DNA of 64,000 nt from Candidatus Oxydemutatoraceae bacterium (lineage in GTDB: Bacteria; Pseudomonadota; Gammaproteobacteria; Poriferisulfidales; Oxydemutatoraceae): the NCBI GenBank assembly GCA_965220085.1, contig CBDCOZ010000003.1, forward strand, positions 1,280,001 through 1,344,000. Reading direction: 5' to 3'. This document shows positions 1-10,857 of the stretch, piece after piece. Below the pieces are notes generated by a model. The model saw only the letters and a program-made list of their open reading frames with translations, was not told where the DNA came from and did not search any database. Both the position numbers and the translations under genes were made by a program. The first letter of the stretch is position 1. Each line of letters starts with the position of its first letter.

Positions 1-1398
1 GTTCAGCGCTGCCGACACGCCATTGACATAGGATTGTCTGGCCGCCGCGCCCTGCCCTTTGCAAAGGGGGCCGATTTCCAAATCATCTTTTCTGGCAAAG
101 CCTAACAAATCGTATGCATATGCGTGCTGTTCATGATAATCAATCAGGCCCACATAAGGCGGGCTGGAAAATATGCCATCAATTTTTTGTTCGCTGATTC
201 GCTTGGCTAAGCGTGTGTGCTTGTTCCGTAAGGTTTCAGCTATATCAATGGTTCTGCTATCCCCGATTAAACAATATTGATCAGTGGGTGTTTTGTATTG
301 CTTGAACTCTGCCAGGCGATTGACCGTATCGGATGCATAGCGTCTCCACCAAGCATAAATAGAAAACAAGGGTTTGCATATCTTCCCATGCTTTCTGCAG
401 TAGTATGTTTCCATCGTCGGTGTTTTGAGTGTGCCTAAATCGGCATGTGTGGTGGCGCGGCATGACCGGATGGTTCGACTGAGTATTAGTGCGAGAATCT
501 TTTTGGTATTGCTATTTGGAATTCTTTTTATCCGTTTGAACACAAAATCAATCTCTTCGCAAACCGGCTTTATAAACCACCGTCTCAGAAATGTATCGTC
601 ACTCTCTTGTTTCAGAGTAATGTTGTATTTTGATAGCAGACGACGGTATATTACTAGAAACTCCTGCACTTTTTCGTGTGTGTAGACTTTTTCGTTAATT
701 TCTCCATGGCGCACTTTATACTTGAACTCGGGTGATGGGAAGTGGCACTCATTAAATCGCTTTAACTCAGCCAGCAAATGTTGCTCAAAACGAGCATTGT
801 TTCTTTGTTTGCGGAAATTCGCTAATTAATTGCTAATCTCACGTGCATATGAGATTATGTCCGTAGTGTCGTAATCATCGATTTTGGCGTTGCTAATAAA
901 AGCGTTAAATGCCGAGACATCAATTCCGATAGCATGCAGTCCTAATTCAGATGACTGTACGAGCGTGGTACCGCTTCCGCAAAACGGATCTAAAATGATA
1001 TCGCCCGCTTTGAAAAACACTTGCCGTTTGAATTCGTCAGTATGATTGTCGAGAAAATATTCAACCAGCTGCGGAATGAATTTGCCTTTGTAAGGATGCA
1101 GGCGGTGTACATGTTTGGTGGTTTCGGCTTCTTTGTAATTGGCAAAAGACAGACGCCAGTTAAGATCGTCTCCCAGTTGTTTCTTCCACAGAGCTTCTTT
1201 CGTGTCGGCGTGCCGGTTATAGTAGGTCTCCAAGTCAAGGCGGCTTACTTGCGTTCTGCCGTTAAGCCCTATCTTTGGTATCCTGCCATACTGAACCAGA
1301 TAAGAGATGTTGGACGGTGTGACATTCTTTCCAATGTAGTTACTTGCCCAGACACTCGCTTCCTTGAAGTTCATCAACTCTTGATACTTTTCAGTCAT
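1..1398 (-). pseudogene. DNA amino-methyltransferase (probably N4-cytosine, alpha motif order) with a premature stop; runs off the window edge
   Basis: ORF 826-1398 has SAM-binding DPFCGSGTT. After TAA at 826-828 the same frame stays open to position 1 and contains catalytic FSSPPYVGLIDYHEQHAY. AT-rich relative to the core genes. Confidence 0.85.
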
Positions 1399-1837
1399 TG
1401 CGCGATACCTCGGTTGTATTGATTTTGCTACCCATCTTGGAGAAGCATTATACCTAATGAGACTATACTACGCCGCATGATACCGATATATCTCCGGATG
1501 CTTCATGTTCGGCAGTGTCACATATCTTGTTTTTTAATCTGTCCGTCAAAGCCCCTGCAAACTCACAGAAACATCATGGCTACGAACACTTTGCCATCGC
1601 TCGTAGCGCTGCGATACTACAGACACACATGCCCGTTTGTCGGGCATATATGATCACGCCTTCAGCCAAGTCTGCGCGCAACTACGAATATCCGGAGACG
1701 TTTTGCAAGGCAACCGAAGCCGTGCCGGGAGCCCTCCTTGTAAGCGATTGAAAACATTGCGCATTTTGCAACCCATAAAAGGAATACCACCAGATCATGA
1801 AGACGAAAAAAGGAAGCAGTTGGACTCAGATAACAGG

Positions 1838-1872
1838 TTATCCACAACCTTATGCACAGGAGCTGTGGATAG
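1838..1872. promoter_or_regulatory. Small DnaA-box cluster
   Basis: TTATCCACA 1838-1846, TTATGCACA 1850-1858, TGTGGATAG 1864-1872. Confidence 0.55.
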
Positions 1873-2470
1873 TAGCCTGCCCTTCGGGTGGCAAAGAAGC
1901 CGCTTTATCGGGAAGCGCCGGATGGTGGCACACAACGCCTCTTTGCAGGTTGCTGTTTTCGGGTCCGCAACTCTCTGTCCAGAGTACGGTTTGATGCCAT
2001 GCCATATCGGACACCCGGGGCAACTCGCGCTATCGCAACGGGCCTTCGAGGAAAAGCCGCAAGCGCAAGGCAATCACCCCCAGATTTATAGCGGGGTGGA
2101 ATCGGCGGCGGCCTGATTAGCGCTGACATGGGTTGGGTGGCAAAGGAAACTGTCGTCGCCATCAGATGCGCATAGTCTTGATGAGGCGCTGCTGACGCCG
2201 ATGTCCGGCACTCTGTATACGAGGGTTGCACAGCCCGCTGTGCCGACGATGGCATCGGCTTCCGGATAGCATGCCAGAGTGTCCGGTTGGGACAGTGTCA
2301 ACTCGGTGTCGGCGACTGTGGCGGTGTCGCGTCATCAGTCAAGCTCCGAGTCACACCGCTCACCGAATCAACTCGGTGTCGGCGGCTATGGTCGCGCGCC
2401 TGTCGTGTTGATGCCGGGAAGCCGGAATGTTTCCGGCATTATTCGGTGCGCCGCGCGATTGCTTGGGCGG

Positions 2471-2544
2471 GGTGAGCGATGGGGATCGAACCCACGACCT
2501 CAGGAGCCACAATCCTGTGCTCTGCCAACTGAGCTACGCCCACC
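2471..2544 (-). tRNA. tRNA-His(GTG)
   Basis: Reverse complement GGTGGGCGTAGCTCAG..GGATTGTGGCTCC..GGTTCGATCCC..CGCTCACC with G-1; followed by CCG rather than CCA. Confidence 0.95.
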
Positions 2545-2588
2545 ACAAGCAAAATATGATATGTCATCATCACGGTATCGGCAAATGC

Positions 2589-2665
2589 TGGCGCGCCTGG
2601 CAGGACTCGAACCTGCTGCCCCCGGTTTAGAAGACCGATGCTCTATCCAGATGAGCTACAGGCGC
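2589..2665 (-). tRNA. tRNA-Arg(TCT)
   Basis: GCGCCTGTAGCTCA..anticodon loop CTTCTAA..GGTTCGAGTCC..GGCGCGCCA. Confidence 0.95.
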
Positions 2666-2676
2666 GAAGCCTTCGG

Positions 2677-2753
2677 TGGTCGGGGCAAGAGGATTTGAAC
2701 CTCCGACCCCCTGCTCCCAAAGCAGGTGCGCTACCAAACTGCGCCATGCCCCG
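2677..2753 (-). tRNA. tRNA-Pro(TGG)
   Basis: CGGGGCATGGCGCAG..loop TTTGGGA..GGTTCAAATCC..CCCCGACCA. Confidence 0.95.
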
Positions 2754-2871
2754 TGCGGGTATTATATATCAACATCAATGCGGACTGCGCGTGTGCCCGC
2801 CAAGCGCCGTTAGTGTTATCATTTGCATCTCATATTTCACTACTACTAACTGCGAGGTTAAAAATAATACG

Positions 2872-3444
2872 ATGAACAAACTCATTTTGCTTACCGCTAT
2901 TGTTGCGGGTCAGGTAGCCGCGGCGGACGAAAAACTTCCCCGTGTGCAACTCACTACGACTTATGGCGATATCGTCCTTGAACTCTATCCCGACAAAGCG
3001 CCGATTACTGTGGAGAACTTTCTCAAATATGCGAACTCGGGTTTTTTTGACGGCACAATCTTCCACCGAGTCATCGACGGTTTCATGATACAAGGCGGCG
3101 GTTTCATCATGAAAGACGGACAGATAAAACAAAAGACTACGCTGGCTCCGATCAAAAACGAAGCCGACAACGGTCTCAAGAACTTCAAGGGGACCATCGC
3201 GATGGCGCGCACATCGGACCCCGATTCCGCCAGCTCACAATTTTTCATCAACCACAAAGACAATGCGTTTCTCAACTTCAAGAGCAAAACAATCCGCGAA
3301 TGGGGGTATTGCGTATTCGGCAAAGTCGTCAAAGGAATAGAGGTTGTGGACAAAATTGCCAAGGTGCGAACGGCGACAGTCGGCGGCCACGGCGATGTTC
3401 CGGTTGATCCTGTCACTATCAAAAAAGTTGCCGTTGTGAAATAA
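2872..3444 (+). CDS. Cyclophilin-type peptidyl-prolyl isomerase with signal peptide (PpiA/PpiB family)
   Basis: [35 protein letters not shown] motifs; start at MNKLILL; adjacent to lpxH. Confidence 0.95.
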   Translation: MNKLILLTAIVAGQVAAADEKLPRVQLTTTYGDIVLELYPDKAPITVENFLKYANSGFFDGTIFHRVIDGFMIQGGGFIMKDGQIKQKTTLAPIKNEADNGLKNFKGTIAMARTSDPDSASSQFFINHKDNAFLNFKSKTIREWGYCVFGKVVKGIEVVDKIAKVRTATVGGHGDVPVDPVTIKKVAVVK

Positions 3445-3457
3445 GTCATCGGAGCAA

Positions 3458-4195
3458 ATGAAAACTGTTTTCGTTTCCGATTGCCACATCAGCCCCGAAC
3501 GTCCGGAAATCATCGAGTACTTTGATACGTTTCTAAGGACTGTCGGCAACGAGGCGGATCAGTTATTCATACTCGGAGACTTGTTTGACCTCTGGCTCGG
3601 CGACGATATCCCATCGGATGACGGCGAGCGAATCAGCGTTGCGCTGCGTCAACTGAGCAAGGAAATCCCCGTCTTCTGTATGCGCGGCAACCGCGACTTT
3701 CTGATTGGCGGGGACTTTGCCGCGCGTTCGGGTTGCCGGCTGTTGCCGGATATATGTCTGCGCCGGTTTGACGAAGAGTTGATACTGCTGATGCACGGCG
3801 ACCTGCTGTGTGCCGCCGACCGCAGTTATCAAATTTATCGCCGCATCGTTCGCCACCCGCTGACATACCGCCTGATTATGTCGATCAAGCCCGAGCGCCG
3901 CCGACGCATAGCGAACGCCTTGCGCAACTACAGCAGCAAAGCGGTGAAGACCAAGCCTCTGATTGAGATGGATGCGGCGCAATCCGCCGTGGAGGAATAT
4001 ATGACACGTTTTGCGGTCACCCGCCTCGTTCACGGCCATACCCATCGCCCCGCCATCCACGAGTTTGAGTTAAACGGCAAACCGGCGCAGCGCATCGTCT
4101 TGGGCGACTGGTATCACAACGGCAGCGCGCTGGAGCTGGAAGCCGGTCGGATGAACCTGCGCTCTCTGACAATCAACCCGTCTTCAAGCCGATGA
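3458..4195 (+). CDS. lpxH: UDP-2,3-diacylglucosamine hydrolase
   Basis: SDCH, GDLFD, GNRD, HGD, HGHTH and LGDW metallophosphoesterase motifs; cyclophilin-lpxH synteny. Confidence 0.95.
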   Translation: MKTVFVSDCHISPERPEIIEYFDTFLRTVGNEADQLFILGDLFDLWLGDDIPSDDGERISVALRQLSKEIPVFCMRGNRDFLIGGDFAARSGCRLLPDICLRRFDEELILLMHGDLLCAADRSYQIYRRIVRHPLTYRLIMSIKPERRRRIANALRNYSSKAVKTKPLIEMDAAQSAVEEYMTRFAVTRLVHGHTHRPAIHEFELNGKPAQRIVLGDWYHNGSALELEAGRMNLRSLTINPSSSR

Positions 4196-5414
4196 TTAAA
4201 TCCATCACATTGGTTCCGGTCGGCCCGCTAATCACCGCATCCCCGACGGCGCTCAGATAGGTGTGGCTGTCGGCGGCAACGAGCGCCTTTCGCGCGTCGA
4301 GCCCGGCCGTTTTGCCTCTGGCAACGGTCGTGCCATCGACCAAACCGCCCGCCGCATCGGTCGGCCCGTCGGTGCCGTCGGTGCCGGCGGATAACAACCA
4401 GACACCCGGCGTATCCTCCAGCAGCAACGCGGCGGCAAGCGCCAAATGCTGGTTGCGCCCGCCGGCCCCGGGCGCGGGCGGCAATACCAGACATGTTTCG
4501 CCGCCAAAGATCAGTACTTGTTCCGGAGCATCACGCACTTCTTTTGCTATCCGCTCGGCGGCTGCCGATGTGTCGCCTTCAATAAACCGCTCCGCGCAAC
4601 GCGCGCTATATCCCATCGCAAGCGCCGCTTCCTCGCAACGCTTCTTGGCGTCTTCAAGGCAGGCGACGATGTGCGTTTGCACGTTATCAAACGCTTTTGC
4701 ATCGGGTACGGCAACGGTGTTGATGCGCTTGAGCATGTCGATCACCGCCGCCGGGTAATCGGCGGCATCCGCCTCGTCATACACCGGGCTCAGCAAGCCG
4801 GAACCAATGACCCCGGGGTCATCGCCCGGCACATCCGATATCAACAAGACCAGCGCCTGCGCGCCGTTGAGAAAAGTGGCAAGCCGCCCGCCTTTGATTT
4901 TTGAGATCGACCGCCGCACCGTATTGATTTTCTGTATATCCAAGCCATGCGCCAACAAAAGTTGCGTCAACTCCCGCAAATCATCAAGACTGCCGCCCTC
5001 GCCCAACACTTCGACCAGACTGGAGGCGCCGCCCGACAATAAAAAGACAAAGCGGGCACCCCTGCGCGCGCGGCCTGCGAGGTATTCAAGCAACGCTTGT
5101 CCCGCCGCCAGGCTGGCATCGCCCGGCACCGGATGATCGGACTCCAGGCAAGCAATCTGCGGGTACGCCTTCAGCGCGTCATCCAGATGATCGCGCTTCG
5201 TGATGACCAGACCGCTCACAACCTGTTCGGCAAGGACATCCATCGCCCCCAGCGTCATCGATGCCGCCGCTTTGCCGATGGCGACCAGATGCAGTCGCTG
5301 CCCATCCGGCGGCGCACTCTTCAGATAGTGAGAAACCGCACTGCGGCCTTTCACCCGCTCCACTCCGGCGTTAAAGATTTTGATCAGGTCTTGGCGCGGT
5401 TTATCGTTTTGCAT
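4173..5414 (-). CDS. Glycerate kinase / hydroxypyruvate reductase, MOFRL family
   Basis: IGKAA, HPVP, LSGGASSL, KGGRL, GGET, GGRNQ, GTDG, TGTNVMD. Confidence 0.9.
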   Translation of the reverse strand: MQNDKPRQDLIKIFNAGVERVKGRSAVSHYLKSAPPDGQRLHLVAIGKAAASMTLGAMDVLAEQVVSGLVITKRDHLDDALKAYPQIACLESDHPVPGDASLAAGQALLEYLAGRARRGARFVFLLSGGASSLVEVLGEGGSLDDLRELTQLLLAHGLDIQKINTVRRSISKIKGGRLATFLNGAQALVLLISDVPGDDPGVIGSGLLSPVYDEADAADYPAAVIDMLKRINTVAVPDAKAFDNVQTHIVACLEDAKKRCEEAALAMGYSARCAERFIEGDTSAAAERIAKEVRDAPEQVLIFGGETCLVLPPAPGAGGRNQHLALAAALLLEDTPGVWLLSAGTDGTDGPTDAAGGLVDGTTVARGKTAGLDARKALVAADSHTYLSAVGDAVISGPTGTNVMDLIIGLKTG

Positions 5415-5437
5415 ATCTGTCCTGTCGGGGAAAAACC

Positions 5438-6007
5438 TCAACTATAAGCCATGTTGAAAATATAAATAAGCGAGTCGATCTCAACGGTGTCAAACAGACG
5501 CACTACATCGGCATTGCGCATGCGGATACAGCCGACGGAAGCCGAACGGCCGATATGCCGCTCGTGCGGGGTGCCATGGATGTATATATAGCGCGAATAC
5601 GAATCCATAAAACCGCCGCGATTGATGCCCGGCTCCAGCCCTTCCAGACGCAAGATGCGGGTGCATATCGCATCGTTTGCGGCGCTGTCGGAACGGCGGG
5701 TCGGCGGCGCGCGTTCGCCCGTTGTGCGACGCCCGATGAAACGTGTGTGCAAGGGTTGTCCGTCCCCGATCTTGTCGGCAACACGATGGACTCCGTAAGG
5801 CGTGCGCAACGAATCATCCAGGTTGCCGAGCCCAAAGCGCGACAGCGAAACCGGATAGACCGTGTCGTTTTTGAAATGGCGCACCACATACAGCCGTTGC
5901 TGCGGCGGCACGATCAGCGCCAGCGGCAGGTGTGCCGCGAACGGATAGTGACGCACCAGATTGCGGCTCAGTTGATGCACATGCGCCGCCGACAGCCGCG
6001 CGGTCAT
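5438..6007 (-). CDS. L,D-transpeptidase (YkuD family)
   Basis: IYIHGT...SVGCIRM catalytic motif. Confidence 0.88.
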   Translation of the reverse strand: MTARLSAAHVHQLSRNLVRHYPFAAHLPLALIVPPQQRLYVVRHFKNDTVYPVSLSRFGLGNLDDSLRTPYGVHRVADKIGDGQPLHTRFIGRRTTGERAPPTRRSDSAANDAICTRILRLEGLEPGINRGGFMDSYSRYIYIHGTPHERHIGRSASVGCIRMRNADVVRLFDTVEIDSLIYIFNMAYS

Positions 6008-6031
6008 CTCGTTGCGCCGGGTAAAAACAGC

Positions 6032-7534
6032 CTAACTGACACAGCGCAAGTCGATGCTTTTGGCGTCGGGGTCTTTTCCCGCATCCTTTCTGCTGTCCGC
6101 CAGTTTCGCCAAATATTCTTTGCCCGGATTGATCACATAGTCGCCGTCAAAGATGGAACAATCCAAGTTTTTCAGTTCGGGGTTGCCGTATTGAACCGAT
6201 TGCACCAGCGTATCGAGGTCTTGATACAGCAGTTGGTCGGCGCCGATCAGTTTGCTTATCTCATCGGCGCTTTTGTCGTGCGCGATCAACTCGTCGGCGT
6301 TCGGCATATCTATGCCGTAGATATTCGGGTGCTTTACCGGCGGCGATGCCGAGACCATATATACTTTTTTCGCGCCGGCATCGCGCGCCATTTGCACAAT
6401 CTGTCGCGAAGTGGTGCCGCGAACGATGGAATCATCGACGATCAACACATTTTTATCCTTGAACTCCGGCGTCAACGGGTTCAGTTTATAGCGCACATGC
6501 GCATGCCGCGCCTGCTGCCAGGGCATGATAAATGTTCTGCCGATATAACGGTTTTTGATAAAGCCTTCGCGGTACGGGATGTTCAGCCGCGTCGCCATCG
6601 CAAGCGCCGCCGTGCGGCTGGTATCGGGCACCGGTATGACCACATCGGCATCGCAACCCGACCATTCCGCGCGCAACTTTTGCGCCAGATGGCCGCCCAT
6701 TCTGGTGCGCGATTTGTGCACGAATACTTTGTCTATGACAGAATCGGGGCGGGCAAAGTAGACGTATTCAAATATGCAACTGCATTGCTGCGCCCAATCG
6801 GCGCATACCTGCGCGTATTCCCTGCCGGCGGCGTCTATATAGACGGCCTCGCCCGGCCTGATGTCTCTGACAATATCAAAGCCGAGCATATCCAGAGCGA
6901 CACTTTCCGATGCGAACATATACTCTTTCCCTTTGTCGCTTTCTCGGCAGCCGTAAATCAGCGGGCGGATGCCGTGGGGGTCGCGAAAAGCCAGCAGACC
7001 GGAACCGGCGAGCATAGCGACGACCGAGTACGCGCCGTGACAGCGGCTGTGCAGTCTGCGCACCGCGGCAAAAATATCCGCCGGTCGGGGCTCGAGTGCG
7101 CCCTGTTCCAGCAGTTCGTGCGCAAAGATGTTCAACAGAATCTCGGAGTCGGAGCCGGTATTGATATGGCGCATATCCTGATTGAACAGATCGCGCACCA
7201 ACTCCTCGGAGTTGATCAGGTTGCCGTTATGTCCCAATGCGATGCCGTAAGGGCTGTTGACATAGAACGGTTGCGCTTCGGAGACGCCGCTGTCGCCGGC
7301 GGTCGGATAACGCACATGGCCGATACCGTATTGCCCGGTCAGACGGGTCAGGTGTTCGGCGGCGAAGGATTCTCTTACCAGACCGTTCCCTTTGTGCTGG
7401 TAAATTTTGTTGCCGTCACAGGTGACGATGCCGGCGGCATCTTGTCCCCGGTGTTGCAACGCGAGCAGGCCGTCGTAGAGGCGTTGTCCCAAGTCTTCGT
7501 TGCGATGTCCGAATATTCCGATAATTCCACACAT
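6032..7534 (-). CDS. purF: Amidophosphoribosyltransferase
   Basis: N-terminal MCGI, QHRGQDAAG, HVRYPTAG, VDDSIVRGTT. Confidence 0.98.
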   Translation of the reverse strand: MCGIIGIFGHRNEDLGQRLYDGLLALQHRGQDAAGIVTCDGNKIYQHKGNGLVRESFAAEHLTRLTGQYGIGHVRYPTAGDSGVSEAQPFYVNSPYGIALGHNGNLINSEELVRDLFNQDMRHINTGSDSEILLNIFAHELLEQGALEPRPADIFAAVRRLHSRCHGAYSVVAMLAGSGLLAFRDPHGIRPLIYGCRESDKGKEYMFASESVALDMLGFDIVRDIRPGEAVYIDAAGREYAQVCADWAQQCSCIFEYVYFARPDSVIDKVFVHKSRTRMGGHLAQKLRAEWSGCDADVVIPVPDTSRTAALAMATRLNIPYREGFIKNRYIGRTFIMPWQQARHAHVRYKLNPLTPEFKDKNVLIVDDSIVRGTTSRQIVQMARDAGAKKVYMVSASPPVKHPNIYGIDMPNADELIAHDKSADEISKLIGADQLLYQDLDTLVQSVQYGNPELKNLDCSIFDGDYVINPGKEYLAKLADSRKDAGKDPDAKSIDLRCVS

Positions 7535-7546
7535 AGCGAGGTTCTC

Positions 7547-8119
7547 TTAAAGTTCTATCTCATCAACCGGCGCGGCTTCTTTGGGCGCTTCAAACTGAAA
7601 GTGTCGCGCATATTCCGGCGGTAAGAACTCGACGGCGTATTGCGCGCCTGTGACAAAAGAAGGCAACATACGCGATTCATGCCACCAGTCGCTAAGCGGC
7701 AGGCGCGTGGCGCCGGCGAGCATGACCAACGCAATCACGATGGCGGCGCCGCGCAACAAACCGAAGCCGCCCCCCAGCAACCGATCGAAAAAATTGAGCG
7801 GGCCGTCGCTGACCATCCGCCCCAGCAGATTGATCAGCAGGTGACCGGGCAACAGGACGAGCAGGAAGACGAGGATAAAAATGATCGCGCTCGCGATGTC
7901 GTCGCCGGTGATATCGGTTTCAAACACCGAGAAGCCGTAATCGGTCGCGCCGTCGGGCAACCACTGCAGAGGATAGCCGCTTGAGTACGAATAGAAAGCC
8001 GCCATGAATGCGAGAATCAATGTCAGCAGTCCGAGAGTTTCTTTGACAAACCCTTTGTAAAGCCCGAAGCCGAAAGAAACGAAGATGATAAAAATGATAA
8101 AGACATCAATATAAGTCAT
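7547..8119 (-). CDS. cvpA: CvpA family membrane protein
   Basis: GFVKE and DRLLGGGFGLLRG motifs; directly upstream of purF. Confidence 0.92.
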   Translation of the reverse strand: MTYIDVFIIFIIFVSFGFGLYKGFVKETLGLLTLILAFMAAFYSYSSGYPLQWLPDGATDYGFSVFETDITGDDIASAIIFILVFLLVLLPGHLLINLLGRMVSDGPLNFFDRLLGGGFGLLRGAAIVIALVMLAGATRLPLSDWWHESRMLPSFVTGAQYAVEFLPPEYARHFQFEAPKEAAPVDEIEL

Positions 8120-8120
8120 A

Positions 8121-8657
8121 TTATTTGTCGCGCTTTATCAGCGGTTTTATCTTCATCTTTGCGGTCACATCGTCGGCGATACGTTCCGCTTTTTCCAACC
8201 CGAAAGGCCCCAAACCGACCGCGTGAACCGGCTTGCCTTTCAGGGTGGTTTGGCGACGGTACACATCGGCGAACCGGTTTTGACGAAGTTGTTTTTCAAT
8301 TTTATCGGCGCCGCCTTTTTCGCCGAAAACCCCCAACTGCACCAGCCACATTCCTTGTTTGTCCAGCAAGTCTTCGATAGCGGGTTTTTTGGCATCAACG
8401 GTCGCCTGCTTCTCTTTCGCGACAGCAGTATCGGCGGCTGTCTGCGGCGGACGAACGGGCGGTTTGTCATCGTTCATTTCCTCTTCAATCTCGGGAAAAT
8501 ACTGCTCGTACACGATCTGCGGTTTTTTGCCGACAGCCGTGTGCGGCAAGTTTTGATAACCCGATCCGTCAAATAAAATAGGCAGAAAAATGACCATCAG
8601 TGCGACCAGAACAATCGCGCCGACAAGGCGATGCTTGAATATCTCTTGCGCTTCCAT
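8121..8657 (-). CDS. dedD: SPOR-domain cell division protein
   Basis: HRLVGAIVLVALMVIFLP anchor and C-terminal WLVQLGVF..GPF; folC-dedD-cvpA-purF synteny. Confidence 0.85.
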   Translation of the reverse strand: MEAQEIFKHRLVGAIVLVALMVIFLPILFDGSGYQNLPHTAVGKKPQIVYEQYFPEIEEEMNDDKPPVRPPQTAADTAVAKEKQATVDAKKPAIEDLLDKQGMWLVQLGVFGEKGGADKIEKQLRQNRFADVYRRQTTLKGKPVHAVGLGPFGLEKAERIADDVTAKMKIKPLIKRDK

Positions 8658-8713
8658 GGGTGATAATCCTTAAATAATCCACAAACAACTGAGTGTTGTT
8701 TGTGCACACTATA

Positions 8714-10012
8714 TCATACAGCCTGCGCAGCGATCAGCGCTTCGGCGACGGTAATCATGGAACCGAACGACAACAACTTATCCCCCGCTTCCAGCTTGTC
8801 ATACGCCAGACGATACGCGCCAGCGACATCTTCGGCGGCAAATATCCGTTCCGCCGCCGCATATTCTGCGACTATCCGATACAGCTCCGCGGTCGCCAGC
8901 GCGTGCGGCGAGGCATTCTGCGTGACATACCAGTAATCGACGGTATCGCCGACGGTTTGCAGTATCGCGCGCACATCTTTGGTCGCAAAGATAGAAAAGA
9001 CGGCGTGCAACTTGCCGCCTGTCGGCAGGCGCGCAAGGTTCGCCGCCATGACCTCGACCCCCTTGGGGTTGTGGGCGATATCAAAGATACCGGTAAAGCT
9101 GCCGCCCGGCGCCGTTCCGCTTTCCACTTGAAAGCGCCCTTCCAACTTTACGTCACGCAAGCCGTTGCCAATCGCCTCACAGCCAAGCGGCAAACTGTCG
9201 CGCGAGCACATCAGAGCGGCGAGCGCGCAACTGGCATTGCCGAGTTGGGTATCGCCGAACAATGCCGGCCGCGGCAGGTCGTTCAGCTCCATGTCGCGAA
9301 AGCGAAAGTCCCAGCATCCGTTTCTCTTGCGATACGAAAAGTCTTCGCCTATGCGGCGCAACAAAACGCCTTTGTCGGCGAGCTCCGCGATGCTTGCCGG
9401 CGGGTTGGGATCGCCGCAGAGGCACACCCGGCCTTTGCGCGCAATGCCGGCTTTCTCCCTGCCGATCGATTGGCGGTCTTTGCCCAGCCACTCGACGTGT
9501 TCAATATCTATCGCGGTGATGATTGCGACATCGGCATCGACGATATTGACCGCATCCAGCCGGCCGCCCAAGCCGGTTTCCAGAATCACCGCATCGGGGC
9601 GACAATGGCGGAAATGATATAACGCGGCGAGCGTGCCGAACTCAAAGAAACTCAAACTGGTGCGCCCGCGGCGCGCTTCGACCTCGGCAAATATTGCGCA
9701 CAGGTCGTCGTCGGTCACAGGTTCTCCGCAAACCTTGATACGCTCGTTGTACGAATGCAAGTGCGGCGAAGTGTAACTGGCGGTTTTGTATCCGCCCGCC
9801 CGCAAGATGGCATCCAGCATCGCCACCGTCGAGCCTTTGCCATTCGTTCCGGCCACGGTGATGACCGGGCACTCCAGCGGCAGTATCTTCATCGCGCGGG
9901 CGACTTGCGCGACCCGCTCAAGCCCCAACTCAATGGATTGCGAGTGGATGCTTGCCTGATACGCAAGCCACTCGGCAACAGTCCGCTTATCTGTCAATAC
10001 GGCGGCGCGCAT
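8714..10012 (-). CDS. folC: Dihydrofolate synthase / folylpolyglutamate synthase
   Basis: VAGTNGKGST, YTSPHL, ETGLGGRLDAVN, DIAHNP. Confidence 0.97.
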   Translation of the reverse strand: MRAAVLTDKRTVAEWLAYQASIHSQSIELGLERVAQVARAMKILPLECPVITVAGTNGKGSTVAMLDAILRAGGYKTASYTSPHLHSYNERIKVCGEPVTDDDLCAIFAEVEARRGRTSLSFFEFGTLAALYHFRHCRPDAVILETGLGGRLDAVNIVDADVAIITAIDIEHVEWLGKDRQSIGREKAGIARKGRVCLCGDPNPPASIAELADKGVLLRRIGEDFSYRKRNGCWDFRFRDMELNDLPRPALFGDTQLGNASCALAALMCSRDSLPLGCEAIGNGLRDVKLEGRFQVESGTAPGGSFTGIFDIAHNPKGVEVMAANLARLPTGGKLHAVFSIFATKDVRAILQTVGDTVDYWYVTQNASPHALATAELYRIVAEYAAAERIFAAEDVAGAYRLAYDKLEAGDKLLSFGSMITVAEALIAAQAV

Positions 10013-10857
10013 TATCGGCTCTTTAATAACGAGAGAATGTTGGCCACTTTGTCGCGCATATCTTTGCGCGCGACGATCATATCCACCGCGCCGTGCTTAA
10101 ACAGAAACTCGCTGCGCTGAAAATCCTCCGGCAGTTCGCCGCCGACAGTCTGCCGGATGACTCTCGGCCCGGCAAACCCCACCAGCGCTCCGGGTTCGCA
10201 GATGATCACATCGCCCAGCATCGCAAGGCTCGCCGAGACGCCCCCCATCGTCGGGTTGGTCAGGATGGAAACGAACGGCAAGCGATGTTTTGCCATCTGT
10301 GCCAGCGCGGCGCTCGTCTTTGACATTTGCAACAAGGACGTCAGACCTTCCTGCATCCGCGCGCCACCGCTGGCGGAAAAACATACCAACGGCAACTGCT
10401 TCTCAAGGCAATGTCGTGTCGCGAGCAAGAAGCGTTCGCCGACGACCGAGCCCATGGAGCCGCCGATGAAGCCGAACTCAAAAGCGCAGACCGCCAGCGG
10501 TCGCTCTTTGAGCCGCCCTTCGATCACGACCAAGGCGTCGTTCTCGCCGGTCTTCTTTTGCGCTCCGCTCAATCGGTCTTTGTAGCGGGACTTGTCTTTG
10601 AATTGCAAAAAATCTGTCGGCGCTATATCGGCGCCCACTTCCGATTGCATGCCGGGATCAAGAAACACCTCCAGCCGTTTGCGCGCCGACATGGACATGT
10701 GGCAGCCGCACTGCGCGCACACTTCCAGGTTGCTCTCCAAGTCGGGACGATACAAGACCGCCAAACAAGACGGGCACTTCTTCCACAAACCTTCGGGGAC
10801 ACGGCGGTTGGTAACCTTGCGGATGCGCGACGGGATCAGGCGTTCGTACCAACTCAT
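10012..10857 (-). CDS. accD: Acetyl-CoA carboxylase carboxyltransferase beta subunit
   Basis: [11 protein letters not shown] zinc finger, [19 protein letters not shown]; start at MSWYERL. Confidence 0.97.
   Translation of the reverse strand: MSWYERLIPSRIRKVTNRRVPEGLWKKCPSCLAVLYRPDLESNLEVCAQCGCHMSMSARKRLEVFLDPGMQSEVGADIAPTDFLQFKDKSRYKDRLSGAQKKTGENDALVVIEGRLKERPLAVCAFEFGFIGGSMGSVVGERFLLATRHCLEKQLPLVCFSASGGARMQEGLTSLLQMSKTSAALAQMAKHRLPFVSILTNPTMGGVSASLAMLGDVIICEPGALVGFAGPRVIRQTVGGELPEDFQRSEFLFKHGAVDMIVARKDMRDKVANILSLLKSR

Noticed and set aside
2638-2871. N-terminal extension of the cyclophilin ORF
   Set aside because: It overlaps tRNA-Arg and tRNA-Pro; the signal peptide begins at ATG 2872.
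5555-7624. 689-aa plus-strand ORF and similar long antisense ORFs (11726-13291, 22057-24084, 47078-49108, 50252-51988)
   Set aside because: Shadow frames opposite well-supported genes in GC-rich DNA, with no recognisable motifs.
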